A DNA stretch of 64,000 nucleotides from Spirochaetia bacterium. GTDB taxonomy: Bacteria > Spirochaetota > Spirochaetia > SZUA-6 > Bin103. Under the pieces are notes generated by a model. The model saw only the letters and a list, made by a program, of their open reading frames with translations, was not told where the DNA came from and did no database searches. Positions 40,394 through 51,500 of the stretch are shown here, piece by piece; the first letter of the stretch is position 1; each line of letters opens with the position of its first letter. Made by a program: the position numbers and the translations under genes. The stretch spans positions 1,376,001-1,440,000 of the forward strand of contig CBDATQ010000002.1 of NCBI GenBank assembly GCA_965199955.1, written 5' to 3'.

Positions 40394-41350
40394 ATGCTCA
40401 GAGCAGCGTTCATCGGCGCCGGCGGCAGGGCGCGATCGGCCCACTATCCCACCGTGACCACGGTGGCGGACGTGCGCGTCGACGCGGTGTGCGAGCTCGA
40501 CGCGGCGCTCATGGCGCAGGTGGTCGGGCAGTACGACATACCGCGGACGTTCGGCGACTACCGGCAGATGCTCGACGCGGTCGACCTCGACCTGGTCTAC
40601 GTGATCATGGGCGAGGAGCTGATGGCGGCGATCGCCATCGACTGCATGAACGCCGGCAAGCACGTGTTCATCGAGAAGCCGGCCGGCGCGAACCCGGAGG
40701 AGTCGCGTGCGCTGCTTCAGGCGGCGGAGGAGAACGGCGTTACCTGCGCGGTCGGCTACCAGCGCCGCTTCGCCGCGGTTTCCGTGGAGGCGAAGCGACT
40801 GGTCCAGGAGCACGGCGGGCCGACGCTCGCAGTCGGCGAGTTCCACAAGTGCCTGCTCGGCCGATCCAAGCCGCCGCGCACGACCATGTGGCAGGATGTC
40901 TGCCACGCGGTCGACCTGGTCCGCTACCTGGCCGGCAGCGAGGTGGCCGAGGTCACGGCGTTCCAGGATGCCCGCGGCACGGAGTGGACCAACGACTACA
41001 CCTCGCTGATGCGCTTCGAGAACGGCGCCACCGGGGTCGTGCTGGCTCACCGATCTTCGGGCGGACGCACGCTCAAGGGCGAGCTGCACGGCTTGGGCGT
41101 CGGCTGTTCCTTCAGGATTCCCGACCACCTCGAGGTGCTGGAGGATGACCGCGAGCCGCGCACCGAGCACGGCGCCGACCTGGCCGGCGTGCCGGCGGAC
41201 GACTCGCGCGCCTATGACGGCACCCTGGAGATGCACCGCCACGTGGCCTCCTCGATCCGCGACGGCTCCACGCCGATCAACGACATCCGCGACGTCGTGC
41301 ACACCTCCGACCTGGTGGCGCGCCTGGAAGGCGACTCGGCCTTCGAATAG
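40394..41350 (+). CDS. Gfo/Idh/MocA oxidoreductase
   Basis: GGAGGAG SD; FIGAG, GKHVFIEKP, GYQRRF, CHAVD. Confidence 0.92.
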   Translation: MLRAAFIGAGGRARSAHYPTVTTVADVRVDAVCELDAALMAQVVGQYDIPRTFGDYRQMLDAVDLDLVYVIMGEELMAAIAIDCMNAGKHVFIEKPAGANPEESRALLQAAEENGVTCAVGYQRRFAAVSVEAKRLVQEHGGPTLAVGEFHKCLLGRSKPPRTTMWQDVCHAVDLVRYLAGSEVAEVTAFQDARGTEWTNDYTSLMRFENGATGVVLAHRSSGGRTLKGELHGLGVGCSFRIPDHLEVLEDDREPRTEHGADLAGVPADDSRAYDGTLEMHRHVASSIRDGSTPINDIRDVVHTSDLVARLEGDSAFE

Positions 41351-41375
41351 GCGCCCGGCACCGACGAAGGGATCC

Positions 41376-42430
<1,055 letters not shown>

Positions 42431-42434
<4 letters not shown>

Positions 42435-43975
42435 AGACCACTGCACGGCTCGGCGCCATCGCGTCGGTCCTGCTGCTGCTCGGCGCGCTCACTGCCGCGG
42501 CCGACGGCACGACGCTCAGGATCGGCCAGGTCGGCGACATCCGCAGCCTGGAACCGTACCGCAACGCGACGCCCAACTACCTGTTCATCGAGAACCTCTA
42601 CGACCAGCTCCTGTTCAATCCGCGCAACGGCGGGTTCGAGGGCGAGGCGGCCGTGTCGTGGGAGGTCTCGTCCGACTTCACCACCGCCACCGTCACGCTG
42701 CGCGAGGGCATGGTCAGCCACGACGGCACGCCGGCCGACGCGCATATGCTCAAGTGGGACATCGAAGAGCGGCGCAAGGGCTGGGGCCGCTCCGACATGC
42801 CCGTGTTCGGCGGCGTCGACGCGACCGTCAACGTCATCGACGACCTGACCGCCGAGATCACGTTCAGCAAGCCGTTCGCGAACATGGAGACCAAGCTGTC
42901 GCTGTTCATGCTCACCGACCCCGACATGTACCTGCGCGACGACGGCGCCGTGGCCGAGTTCAACCAGGAAGACAAGGTGATCGGCAGCGGCCCGTTCATG
43001 CTGACGGAGTACGAGCCCGGATCGCACATGTACTGGGAGAAGTTCGCCGACCACTGGGACGCGGACTCGGTCGCGCTCGAGCGGGTGGAGATCACCTACT
43101 TCGGGGACGCCGCCGCCATGGTCGCGGCCCTGGAAGCGGGCGAGATCGACCTGGCCTACCGGCCGCCCTACGCGGACGCGGTGCGCTTCCTGGACGACTC
43201 CGACTACACCGTCTGGATCCCGGAGACCGTCGGTCTGGCCTCCATCCTGATGGTCAACCCCAACGCGCCGGGCCTGGAGGACAAGCGCGTGCGCCAGGCG
43301 GTCAGTTGGGCGATCAACCGCGAGGCGGTCTCCAGCGCCATCTTCGAGGGGCTGGGCATGGCCACCGCCTCACCGGCGGTCCCGTCGAGCTTCGCCTACA
43401 CGCCGGAGCTGGACGCCATTCCGCCGCAGGGTGACCCGGACAAGGCGCGCGATCTGCTGGCCGCGGCCGGCAACCCGGAGGTGAGCGTGAAGTTCACCTA
43501 CCCGTCGAACGACACCTCGGCGGAGCTCATCGCGCAGGTGGTGCAGGCCAACCTCAAGGACGTTGGCATCACCCTGGAGCTCGACCCGCAGGAGCGCAAC
43601 ATCTACATCCAGATGCGCACCAGCCAGACCTTCCAGATGATGGCCTCGGTCATGGCCGGCAGCAACGGCCATCCGGCCGACCTGACCGACAGCTTCGTGT
43701 TCCATCCGGCCAACCACGGCTTCTTCAACGACCCGGAGGAGACGGTCATCCCCGAGTACCAGAGCTATGTCGACAACTTCAACAAGGGCATGGCCGCCAC
43801 GACCGAGGCGGAGTCGGTGGAGGCGTGGTCGAACGCGCTGCTGGCGATCAACGATGGCGCCTGGGTACTGTTCCTGAGCTCACAGCCCTACATCAGCGTG
43901 AGCACGTCCGCGCTCAAGGGGCTCACCTGGACCCAGCACGACAAGCCGGTGTTCAAGTACGTCCACTTCGAGTAG
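42431..43975 (+). CDS. Family-5 ABC substrate-binding protein
   Basis: Signal peptide; LYDQL, IGSGPF, DKRVRQA...AINRE. Confidence 0.92.
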
Positions 43976-44005
43976 TTCTCACATAGGTCGAGCTTGAATC
44001 ATGCG

Positions 44006-44037
44006 AGCCGGTGCCGCCCCGGAGCGGCACCGGCTCC
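44006..44037 (+). terminator. Intercistronic stem-loop after the SBP gene
   Basis: GAGCCGGTGCCGC-6nt-GCGGCACCGGCTC perfect 13-bp stem. Confidence 0.7.
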
Positions 44038-44061
44038 TTCGCTCCATAAGCCACTGAACCC

Positions 44062-45018
44062 ATGAGGTCGTACGTCGTGCGCCGCCTGCTCGGCGTGATT
44101 CCGGCGCTGTTCATCGGCTCCATCCTCATCTTCCTGATCATCCACCTCATCCCGGGCGATCCGGCGGTGCTGCTGGTGCCCATGTCGCCGCCGCCGACGC
44201 AGGAGCTGATCGCGGAGGTGCGCGCCGCCTACGGGTTCGACAAGCCGCTCTACGAGCAGTACCTGATCTGGCTGGGCAAGCTGCTGCGCGGCGACCTGGG
44301 CGACTCGCTCAGCAAGCCGGCCTGGACGGTGGCCGAGCTGATCACCAAGAAGATCGGCGTCACCCTGCACGTGACCGCCGGCGCCTTCCTGGTGTCGGTG
44401 CTGATCTCGCTGCCGCTCGGGATCAGGATGGGGCTGTATCCCGACGGCTTCCTGGCGCGGCGGGTGCTGCCGGTCTACACCGGCATCGGCTTCGCCATCC
44501 CGCCGTTCTGGCTGGGCATCCTGCTGATCCTGTTCTTCAGCGTGTTCCTGGGCATCTTGCCGACTTCGGGCTTCCGCAGCATCACCGAGGACCCGATCCA
44601 GTCGATCCGCTTCCTGATCATGCCGTCGCTGGCCGGCGGCATCTCGGGCGCGGTGGTGTACACGAATTTCATCTCGGCATCGGTGAGCGAGATCGCGAAG
44701 AAGGAGTTCATCCTGGCCGCGATCGCCAAGGGGCTGCCGCGGCGCCGGGTCGTGTACCGGCACATCCTCAAGAACGCGCTGATCCCGGTCGTGACCGTGG
44801 CCGCCCTGCAGCTTGGCACGACGGTGGGCGGGGCGGTGGTGACCGAGAGCGTGTTCGGCATTCCCGGCATCGGGCGGCTGCTGGTGGACGCCATCACCGC
44901 CCGCGACTACGCGGTGGTGCAGGCCGACTTCATGGTGCTGATCTGCGCGGTGATGCTGGCCAACCTGCTGGCCGACCTGCTGTACGGCTGGCTGGACCCG
45001 CGCATCAGGCTGGACTGA
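44062..45018 (+). CDS. Peptide ABC permease (OppB-like)
   Basis: IPGDP, GDLGDS, AKGL, HILKNALIP, ESVFGIPG, LDPRI. Confidence 0.93.
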   Translation: MRSYVVRRLLGVIPALFIGSILIFLIIHLIPGDPAVLLVPMSPPPTQELIAEVRAAYGFDKPLYEQYLIWLGKLLRGDLGDSLSKPAWTVAELITKKIGVTLHVTAGAFLVSVLISLPLGIRMGLYPDGFLARRVLPVYTGIGFAIPPFWLGILLILFFSVFLGILPTSGFRSITEDPIQSIRFLIMPSLAGGISGAVVYTNFISASVSEIAKKEFILAAIAKGLPRRRVVYRHILKNALIPVVTVAALQLGTTVGGAVVTESVFGIPGIGRLLVDAITARDYAVVQADFMVLICAVMLANLLADLLYGWLDPRIRLD

Positions 45019-45899
45019 TGGGCGCGGGAGAGAGCACGGAGCCGGGTTCGGCGGTCGTGGCCGCCGGACGACACGTCGCCGCCGTTCTGGGCCAGGCGGC
45101 CAGGCGAATGAAGGTGGCCGAGTGGCTGGGGGTCCTGGTGCTGGTCGCCTACCTGCTCATGACGCTGATTCCGGGCGCGCTGGCCACGCACGATCCGATC
45201 GAGCAGGACATCCTGAACCGGCTGGCATTCCCGTCCGCCGAGCACTGGTTCGGCACCGACGAGCTGGGACGCGACCTGTTCAGCCGCTGCATCCACGGCG
45301 CGCGCACCTCGATCCGAACGGCCGTGATCGCCGTGCTGTTCAGCGTGATCGTCGGCGCGACCGGCGGGCTGTTCTCCGGCTACGTCGGCGGCCGCCTGGA
45401 CGAGCTCCTCGCCCGTACCAACGACATCCTCGTCTCCTTTCCCGGCATCATCATCGCCATGGCACTGATCGCGGTGACCGGCCGCAATCCCATCGTCCTG
45501 GCGCTGGTGATCGGCCTGGTGAACACGCCGGCGATCTTCCGCGTGACGCGCGCGGTGGCCCTGCAGGTGCGGGTGCTGCCATACGTGGACGCGGCGCGCT
45601 CGGCCGGGGCGTCCAACCTGTACATCATGTTCCGCACGGTGCTGCCCAACTGCACCACGGAGGTCTTCATCCAGGCGCTGCTGATCGCCACACGCGCCAT
45701 CATCACCGAGTCCAGCCTGAGCTTCCTGGGGCTGGGGATTCCTCCCCCGAATCCCTCCTGGGGGGCGATGCTCAACACCGGCCGCAACTACATGAAGCGC
45801 ATGGTCTGGTACGGCGTGATCCCTGGCCTGTTCCTGATGGGGCTGATCCTGGCGCTGCAGTTCGTGTCGCGCTACCTGCGCCGCGTGTCGCGCTCGTGA
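45018..45899 (+). CDS. Peptide ABC permease (OppC-like)
   Basis: HWFGTDELGRD, YVDAARSAGA, LSFLGLG, PSWG. Confidence 0.93.
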   Translation: MGAGESTEPGSAVVAAGRHVAAVLGQAARRMKVAEWLGVLVLVAYLLMTLIPGALATHDPIEQDILNRLAFPSAEHWFGTDELGRDLFSRCIHGARTSIRTAVIAVLFSVIVGATGGLFSGYVGGRLDELLARTNDILVSFPGIIIAMALIAVTGRNPIVLALVIGLVNTPAIFRVTRAVALQVRVLPYVDAARSAGASNLYIMFRTVLPNCTTEVFIQALLIATRAIITESSLSFLGLGIPPPNPSWGAMLNTGRNYMKRMVWYGVIPGLFLMGLILALQFVSRYLRRVSRS

Positions 45900-46900
45900 T
45901 CGGCGAGGGTGCGGGCGGCGGCCACGGCGCGTTGCTGGTGGTCGAGGACCTGCAGACCCGGTTCGAGCTGGAGCGCGGCGTGGTGCAGGCCGTGAGCGGA
46001 TCGAGCTTCTCCGTCGACCGGGGCGAGACGCTGGGCATCGTCGGCGAGTCCGGCTCCGGCAAGTCGGTCACGGTGCGCTCGATCCTGCGCCTGATCCGCC
46101 CGCCGGGACGGATCGCGGCCGGCAGGGTGCTGCTGGACGGGGTGGACCTGCTGGCGCTCGACGAGCCGGCGATGACCGCCGTGCGCGGCCGGGAGATCAG
46201 CATGGTCTTCCAGGAGCCGTCGGCCGCCCTCAACCCGGTGCTGACGGTGGGAGAGCAGATCTCGGAGGTGCTGATCACGCACCTGGGCATGAGGAAAGGC
46301 GAGGCGCGCGAGCGCGCCGTCGGCCACCTGCGCGACGTCGGCATCCCGGCGCCCGAGCGGCGCTGCCGCGACTACCCGCACCAGTTGAGCGGCGGCATGC
46401 AGCAGCGCTGCATGATCGCCATCGCGCTGGCCTGCGACCCCAAGTTGCTGATCGCCGACGAGCCCACCACCAGCCTGGACGTGACCATCCAGGCGCAGAT
46501 CCTGACGCTGCTCTCCAACCTGGTGCGGGAGAAGGGGGCGGGGCTGATCTTCATCACGCACGACATCGGCGTGATCGCCCAGATCGCCGAACGGATCATG
46601 GTCATGTACGCCGGCAAGATCGCGGAGCTCGGCAGCACCGCGCAGGTGATCGACGACCCGCAGCACCCCTACACCGTGGAGCTGCTCAAGTCGCTGCCTA
46701 GCCTCAGCACCGCGAAGGGGGTGCGGCTGGAGGAGATCGCCGGCGACGTCCCGGACCTGGCCGACGTGCCGCCGGGCTGCCGGTTCCACCCGCGCTGTCC
46801 GCGCGCGTTCGAGCGCTGCGCGCAGGAGGTGCCGCCGCTCGACGAGACGGGCGGCGGCCGGCGCGTGGCGTGCTGGCTGTATGATGAGGCGCGCGCGTGA
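45896..46900 (+). CDS. Peptide ABC ATPase (OppD-like)
   Basis: GESGSGKS, LSGGMQQR, ADEPTTSLD, GCRFHPRC. Confidence 0.93.
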   Translation: MIGEGAGGGHGALLVVEDLQTRFELERGVVQAVSGSSFSVDRGETLGIVGESGSGKSVTVRSILRLIRPPGRIAAGRVLLDGVDLLALDEPAMTAVRGREISMVFQEPSAALNPVLTVGEQISEVLITHLGMRKGEARERAVGHLRDVGIPAPERRCRDYPHQLSGGMQQRCMIAIALACDPKLLIADEPTTSLDVTIQAQILTLLSNLVREKGAGLIFITHDIGVIAQIAERIMVMYAGKIAELGSTAQVIDDPQHPYTVELLKSLPSLSTAKGVRLEEIAGDVPDLADVPPGCRFHPRCPRAFERCAQEVPPLDETGGGRRVACWLYDEARA

Positions 46901-47152
46901 TAGCCGCCTACACGGCGACACCCGGCTCCGCCGGCTACGTCGCGATCGAGCACTTCACCGGCTCGGTCGGCGGCAAGTCGGGGCTCGTTCGTCCTGCAGC
47001 ACAGCGGTCTGATGAACCAGGGCGATTCCGCGCTGACGGTGACGATCGTTCCGGACTCCGGCACGGGCGAGCTGGCCGGGATCTCGGGCACGCTTGAGAT
47101 CGACAGCGAGGCGGGAACGCACACCTACGTGCTCGAGTACGAGCATCGATGA
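46897..47152 (+). pseudogene. DUF3224-like remnant, frameshifted
   Basis: AGYVAIEHFTG..GGK.G/SFVLQH...IVPDSGTGELAGISG. Confidence 0.7.
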
Positions 47153-47290
47153 CCGAGCGCTATCTCGTGATGCCACTGGACTCCGGATGGCGTCAAGGCG
47201 ATGACCCTCTCGTATGGTACCTTGAAAAGAGGCTCGGCGTCGTCGCCACGGCGCGCAACTGGAACACCTTGGAGAAGATCGTGGTCATTC
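47149..47290 (+). pseudogene. DUF1697-like protein, internally deleted
   Basis: MTERYLVM N-terminus joined to the C-terminal EKRLGVVATARNWNTLEKI. Confidence 0.65.
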
Positions 47291-47615
47291 GAACAGTTCG
47301 GCATGGGTGCCGACGCGGGTAAAATAGATGGATCCGCTTGGTCCGTCCGTGTCGTCTTGGTCCGTTTACTGGCCGCTGGCTTCTTCAAGCTCGGCAAACA
47401 TCTCGTCCGCGCTCGCGAACCGTGCCTTGCGCGTCTTCACCATCTCGTCCACCTCGGCCATGGCGCTGCGGGTTTGCGCGTTCGGCACCTTGAGTTCGAG
47501 CGGGAAGGCCTGATCGACCGCGATGCGATGGAACAGCAACCGCACGGCATCGGAGGGCGTCAGCCCCATCGCCGCGAGCGCCGTCGTCGCCTTGCGCTTC
47601 ATCTCGGTGTCGTGG
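47285..47615 (-). pseudogene. DinJ-YafQ toxin-antitoxin remnant
   Basis: 5'-truncated DinJ (LAAMGLTPSDAVRL...FPLELKVPNAQT, stop 47366); YafQ reduced to ASKRT...|YFTRVGTHAELFE-stop. Confidence 0.75.
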
Positions 47616-47699
47616 GCCGTGCGCCACTCCTCGCCCAGGGCGATCGGCGTCAGTACGGAGTACGCCACTTTCCGCCTGCGCTGCCACGTCCTCCGGGGC

Positions 47700-47915
47700 C
47701 ACCGGTCCACTGTCGCTGTCGTCGCGGCAGTTGCCACCAAGCCGTAGGTCTCGCCCCAGCCTTCGGCGCCGTCGGACGACGTGACCCGCACCAGCACCGA
47801 GCGGTCGAATGTCCGGTAGACGGTGCGGTTGCTGCGGCGCACGAAGTAGCCCTTGGCGTTGACCGTTCCCCCTCGCGGAGCGGGCCGAGGCAGGGATCGT
47901 CCCGCGGCAGCGCGA
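47700..47915 (-). pseudogene. Mandelate racemase-family N-terminal fragment
   Basis: NAKGYFVRRSNRTVY...SVLVRV...GAEGWGETYGLVA. Confidence 0.7.
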
Positions 47916-48059
47916 GTCGCCTAATCCTCGTAAACAGCCATAAATAGGTGACTCACTGACACCCAGCCGGTTGTGATTCCCCCGTCCATTACCACACTCC
48001 GCGCGGGAATCCAGAGGACCATCCGAGCCGTCCGCGAACCGCTCCGAACCTCAGCCCAT

Positions 48060-48340
48060 TCATTGTCCGCCGCCGTTCAGAGCCAGCAACCGCCGCAGAA
48101 CCTCGTCGTCGGAGATATCCGCCGACCAACCGTACGCGGCGGCCGGCCGCGTCAAGAGCCTCGTGCGCATCAGCGAGCCACTGCGGGCGGGCGTTGTAGA
48201 GGTTCGTCAGCGTGCGCTTCTTGAGCGCCTTCGCAGCGTCCTCGTCGCGCGGAACCGGCGGCTTCGGGTAGCCCGGAACCGGCTCGTCGACCCACTCGAC
48301 CCATCCCGGCGGATTGGGCCAGCGGTTACGCAACTCGACG
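48060..48340 (-). pseudogene. MmeI/type IIG-like DNA methyltransferase C-terminal remnant
   Basis: LRNRW.NPP.WV.W...PGYP...LKKRTLTNLYNARPQWL..AH..LDAA / AAYGW...RLLALN. Confidence 0.75.
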
Positions 48341-48514
48341 CCCGACCCTGACCTTCGTTCACCGGCCTCTTCCGTTCGCGTGCGCGGCGTTACGGCACCC
48401 CCATACGGTGTCATATTCGCACCGGCCGGTACCGCGTGGAGGGGTGTCAGTTCCGTTGGCGCCTTCGTAGCCCCGCTTCGCGTCGCCGCCCACGCCAGTC
48501 TCTGGACGCAGGCG

Positions 48515-51500
48515 TCAGTCTCCGTTGGCACGCACCTTAAACTGTCCACCATGCTCCTGCAGGACGTTCTCGTGGACGAGATCGTTCAGCACCGTGCTGA
48601 ATCGCGACCGGAGCTCCGATCCCGCCCGGCGGAAGCCGAACAGCCGGGTGGCGCGGATCACCGCGCTGTCGGCGTCGATGCCGTAGCTGTGGCGGACGAC
48701 GTGCAGCAACGCGGCAGCCACTTCCTCTGGCGCGAGCATGTCGGGTTTGCTCAGGCTGGAGGGCAGATCGTCGTCGCGGCGCCGGACGTCAGGCGAATCA
48801 TGCCCGGCGCGCCACAGGAAGTCGCCCCGGCGTTGGATCGCACCCGTGGCGGCCAGGCGTTCCGCGAGGGCGGCGATGGCGCGGATGCGCTTCTTCGTGG
48901 CTCTCTGGTTCTGCGCGGCCATGCGGCGTGTCGCTTCTTCGACGTGGATCGGGCTCTCGACATCCACGATGTGCAGCAGCGACTGGCTCTCTCCGTCACC
49001 GTGCTCGATCGTGATCCGGGCCAGCTCGTAGCGACAGCTCGCGTCGTCGACCGGTCGGACCACGGGCTCGTCGCGCTGGACGGGTCTCGACGACAGCGCA
49101 TCGCGGGCGGGGGCCGGCGGCGCACCCGCGCCGGCGCGCCGAATCGCCCCGTCGACCTTCTCGATCTCGCGTCGGTGGTCCTGGAACCAGTCGGTGCTCC
49201 AGATGCGGTGGATCGTCCACCCGAGCCCTTCGAGGATCTGCTGGCGCAGACGGTCGCGGTCGCGGGCCGAGCGGGCGCTGTGATAGGTGGCGCCGTCGCA
49301 CTCGATGCCCAGCAGGTATCGTCCCGGCCGGCGCGGGTCGACGACCGCCAAGTCGATGAAGAACCCCGCGGAGCCGATCTGATGCTCGACGCGGTGGCCG
49401 CGCCCGCGCAGAGCGTCGGCGACCGCGGTTTCGAACGGCGAGTCGGCGTCCCGGCCGGTCGCCCTGGGGACGTCGAGGACGCCGGTGTCGGCGTACTGCA
49501 GAAATGTCTTCAGCGCCTCCACGCCGCGCGCACCGCTACGACTCAGGTCGAGGTCGTCGGCGGTGAAGTTGGCGTGGACCTCGCACCTCCGCCGCGCTCG
49601 GGTGATCAGGACGTTGAGCCGTCGTTCGCCGCCTTCCCGGTTGAGCGGGCCGAAGTTCTTCCGCATGGACCCGCTCGCGATCCGGCCGTAGCCGACACTG
49701 ATGAGCATCACGTCGCGTTCGTCGCCCTGCACGTTCTCCAGGTTCTTGACGAAGAACGGCTCTTCGGGGTGATCCGCGAAGAACGGTTCGGTGGAAGGGT
49801 CCCGGCGTCGGCGGATCTCCACTTCGTCCTCGATTCGCCGCGCCTGTGACAGACTGAAGGTCGCCACGCCGAGCGTCAGGCGCGGTGACTTGCGTGCATG
49901 GGCCATGACCGCGTCGGCGACGACGCCGGCCTCACCGGCGTTGATGCGGGCACCCCGTTCGTAACGCGTGTCCGCGTGCAGGCGGAAACGCAGGCCGGTT
50001 TCCTCCCGGCCTGCATCCGGGCCCGGAAAGAGCACCAGCCGGTCGTCGTAGAACTCATGGTTGGAGATGGCGATCAGCGACTCGTGGCGGCTGCGGTAGT
50101 GCCGGCGCAGCATCCGCTCGGGCGCGCCGGCCGCGCGGAACATGCCCAGGATGCTCTCGATATCGCGGGTGGACGTCGTCGCTTCGTCGTCGTCGTCGCC
50201 ATCATCGTCCTCGATGCGTTCGAAGAAGCTGGTCGGCGGGAGCTGCCGGCTGTCGCCGACCACGACCGCCTGACTGGCGCGCAGCAGCGCGCCCATCGCG
50301 TCGACCGGCCGGACCTGACTAGCTTCGTCGAAGATGACCAGATCGAAGCGCACCGAATCCGGCGGCACGAACTTGGCTATCGACAGGGGGCTCATCATGA
50401 TGATCGGCTTGATCTGCAGGATCGCGTTGCCGCCCTCCGTCATCAGTCTGCGCAGCGGCAGGTGGCGCCTCTTCTTCTCGAACTCGCGGCGCACGACGCC
50501 GAGCTGTCCACCGCCCTCCCCGCGAGGTAGGCGCTCCCAGTGGGCGTCGGCGACCAGCGCCCGATTGTGCTGGAACAGATCGAGATCGAGCTGCCGGAAC
50601 CGGTCTATGACCTGCTGGTGTGTGGCGCCGTCGAACTCGGCGAGCACCGGTTGCTCGTCGAAGGCCTGTCGGATCAACGCAAACAGGCGGCAGTGTTCGA
50701 TGAGGTCGGTGAGATGCCGTCCCGCATCCTTCCAATGCGACGCGATCTCCGCAACCGCGCCCAGGCCTTCGTCGGCGAGGCGGGCGGCGTGCTGATTGAA
50801 GTGGACGATGTCGTCCAGCGTTTCGATTTTGTCGCGCCCATGTTGCAGCCAGGCCGACAGGTCGGAGAAACGACGTTCAGCTAGGGCCATCCCCTCGGGG
50901 ACTCTCTCGGGCTGCACGTCGAGTTGGCTGGCGACCGCATCCACCGTGCCGGTGAGCGTGTCCATCGCGGAACGACAGCGGGCGGCGCGGTCCTCGATCG
51001 CGGGGCGCTCGAGGCCGCGGTCGAGGATGTCGTGTATAGCGTCGGCGACCGCGCCGACGGCCCGGTCGGCATGCAGGTCGAGCAGCCAGGCCACGGTCTC
51101 GCCGAACTCCCGCTGGGCGCTGACGTCGCCGTCGAGCGGCGGCTCGAGCGCGAGCCGCGACAACAGCTCGCGCGAGCGCTCAATCGTGGCGCGCAGTCGC
51201 CGCGCGTCCAGGATCGCGTCCACGATCGCGAGCTGCTTCGAGCCGTCGGTGGGCAGCTCGCCCCGGCACAGCATGCGCAGTCCGTCGCGCGCCGTGCGGT
51301 ACTTTCTGGAGACGCCGCGCCACCAGCGCCGGCTCCATGTCCAGATCGGCTGGCGCCAGGACTCCACGTCGGCATCCCAGGCGTCGCGACGCAGCAGCGG
51401 CGCGTAGGCGTCGTGCAGGTCCGCGTGCTCGCCGATCGCCCGGGCCGCGCTGCGCAGCTCGTCGGCGCGGGCGATCCAGTCCGGACTGCGGTGGTCGAAC

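Noticed and set aside
47366..47842. Novel enolase-DinJ fusion protein (158-aa ORF); likewise GH32-VapB 60901-61680
   Set aside because: Chance in-frame joins of unrelated remnants; VapB has its own promoter and start.
48395..48455. TGACACC-type repeats as a recombination (res/att) site
   Set aside because: Short and imperfect with no recombinase nearby; more likely an orphan operator or chance.
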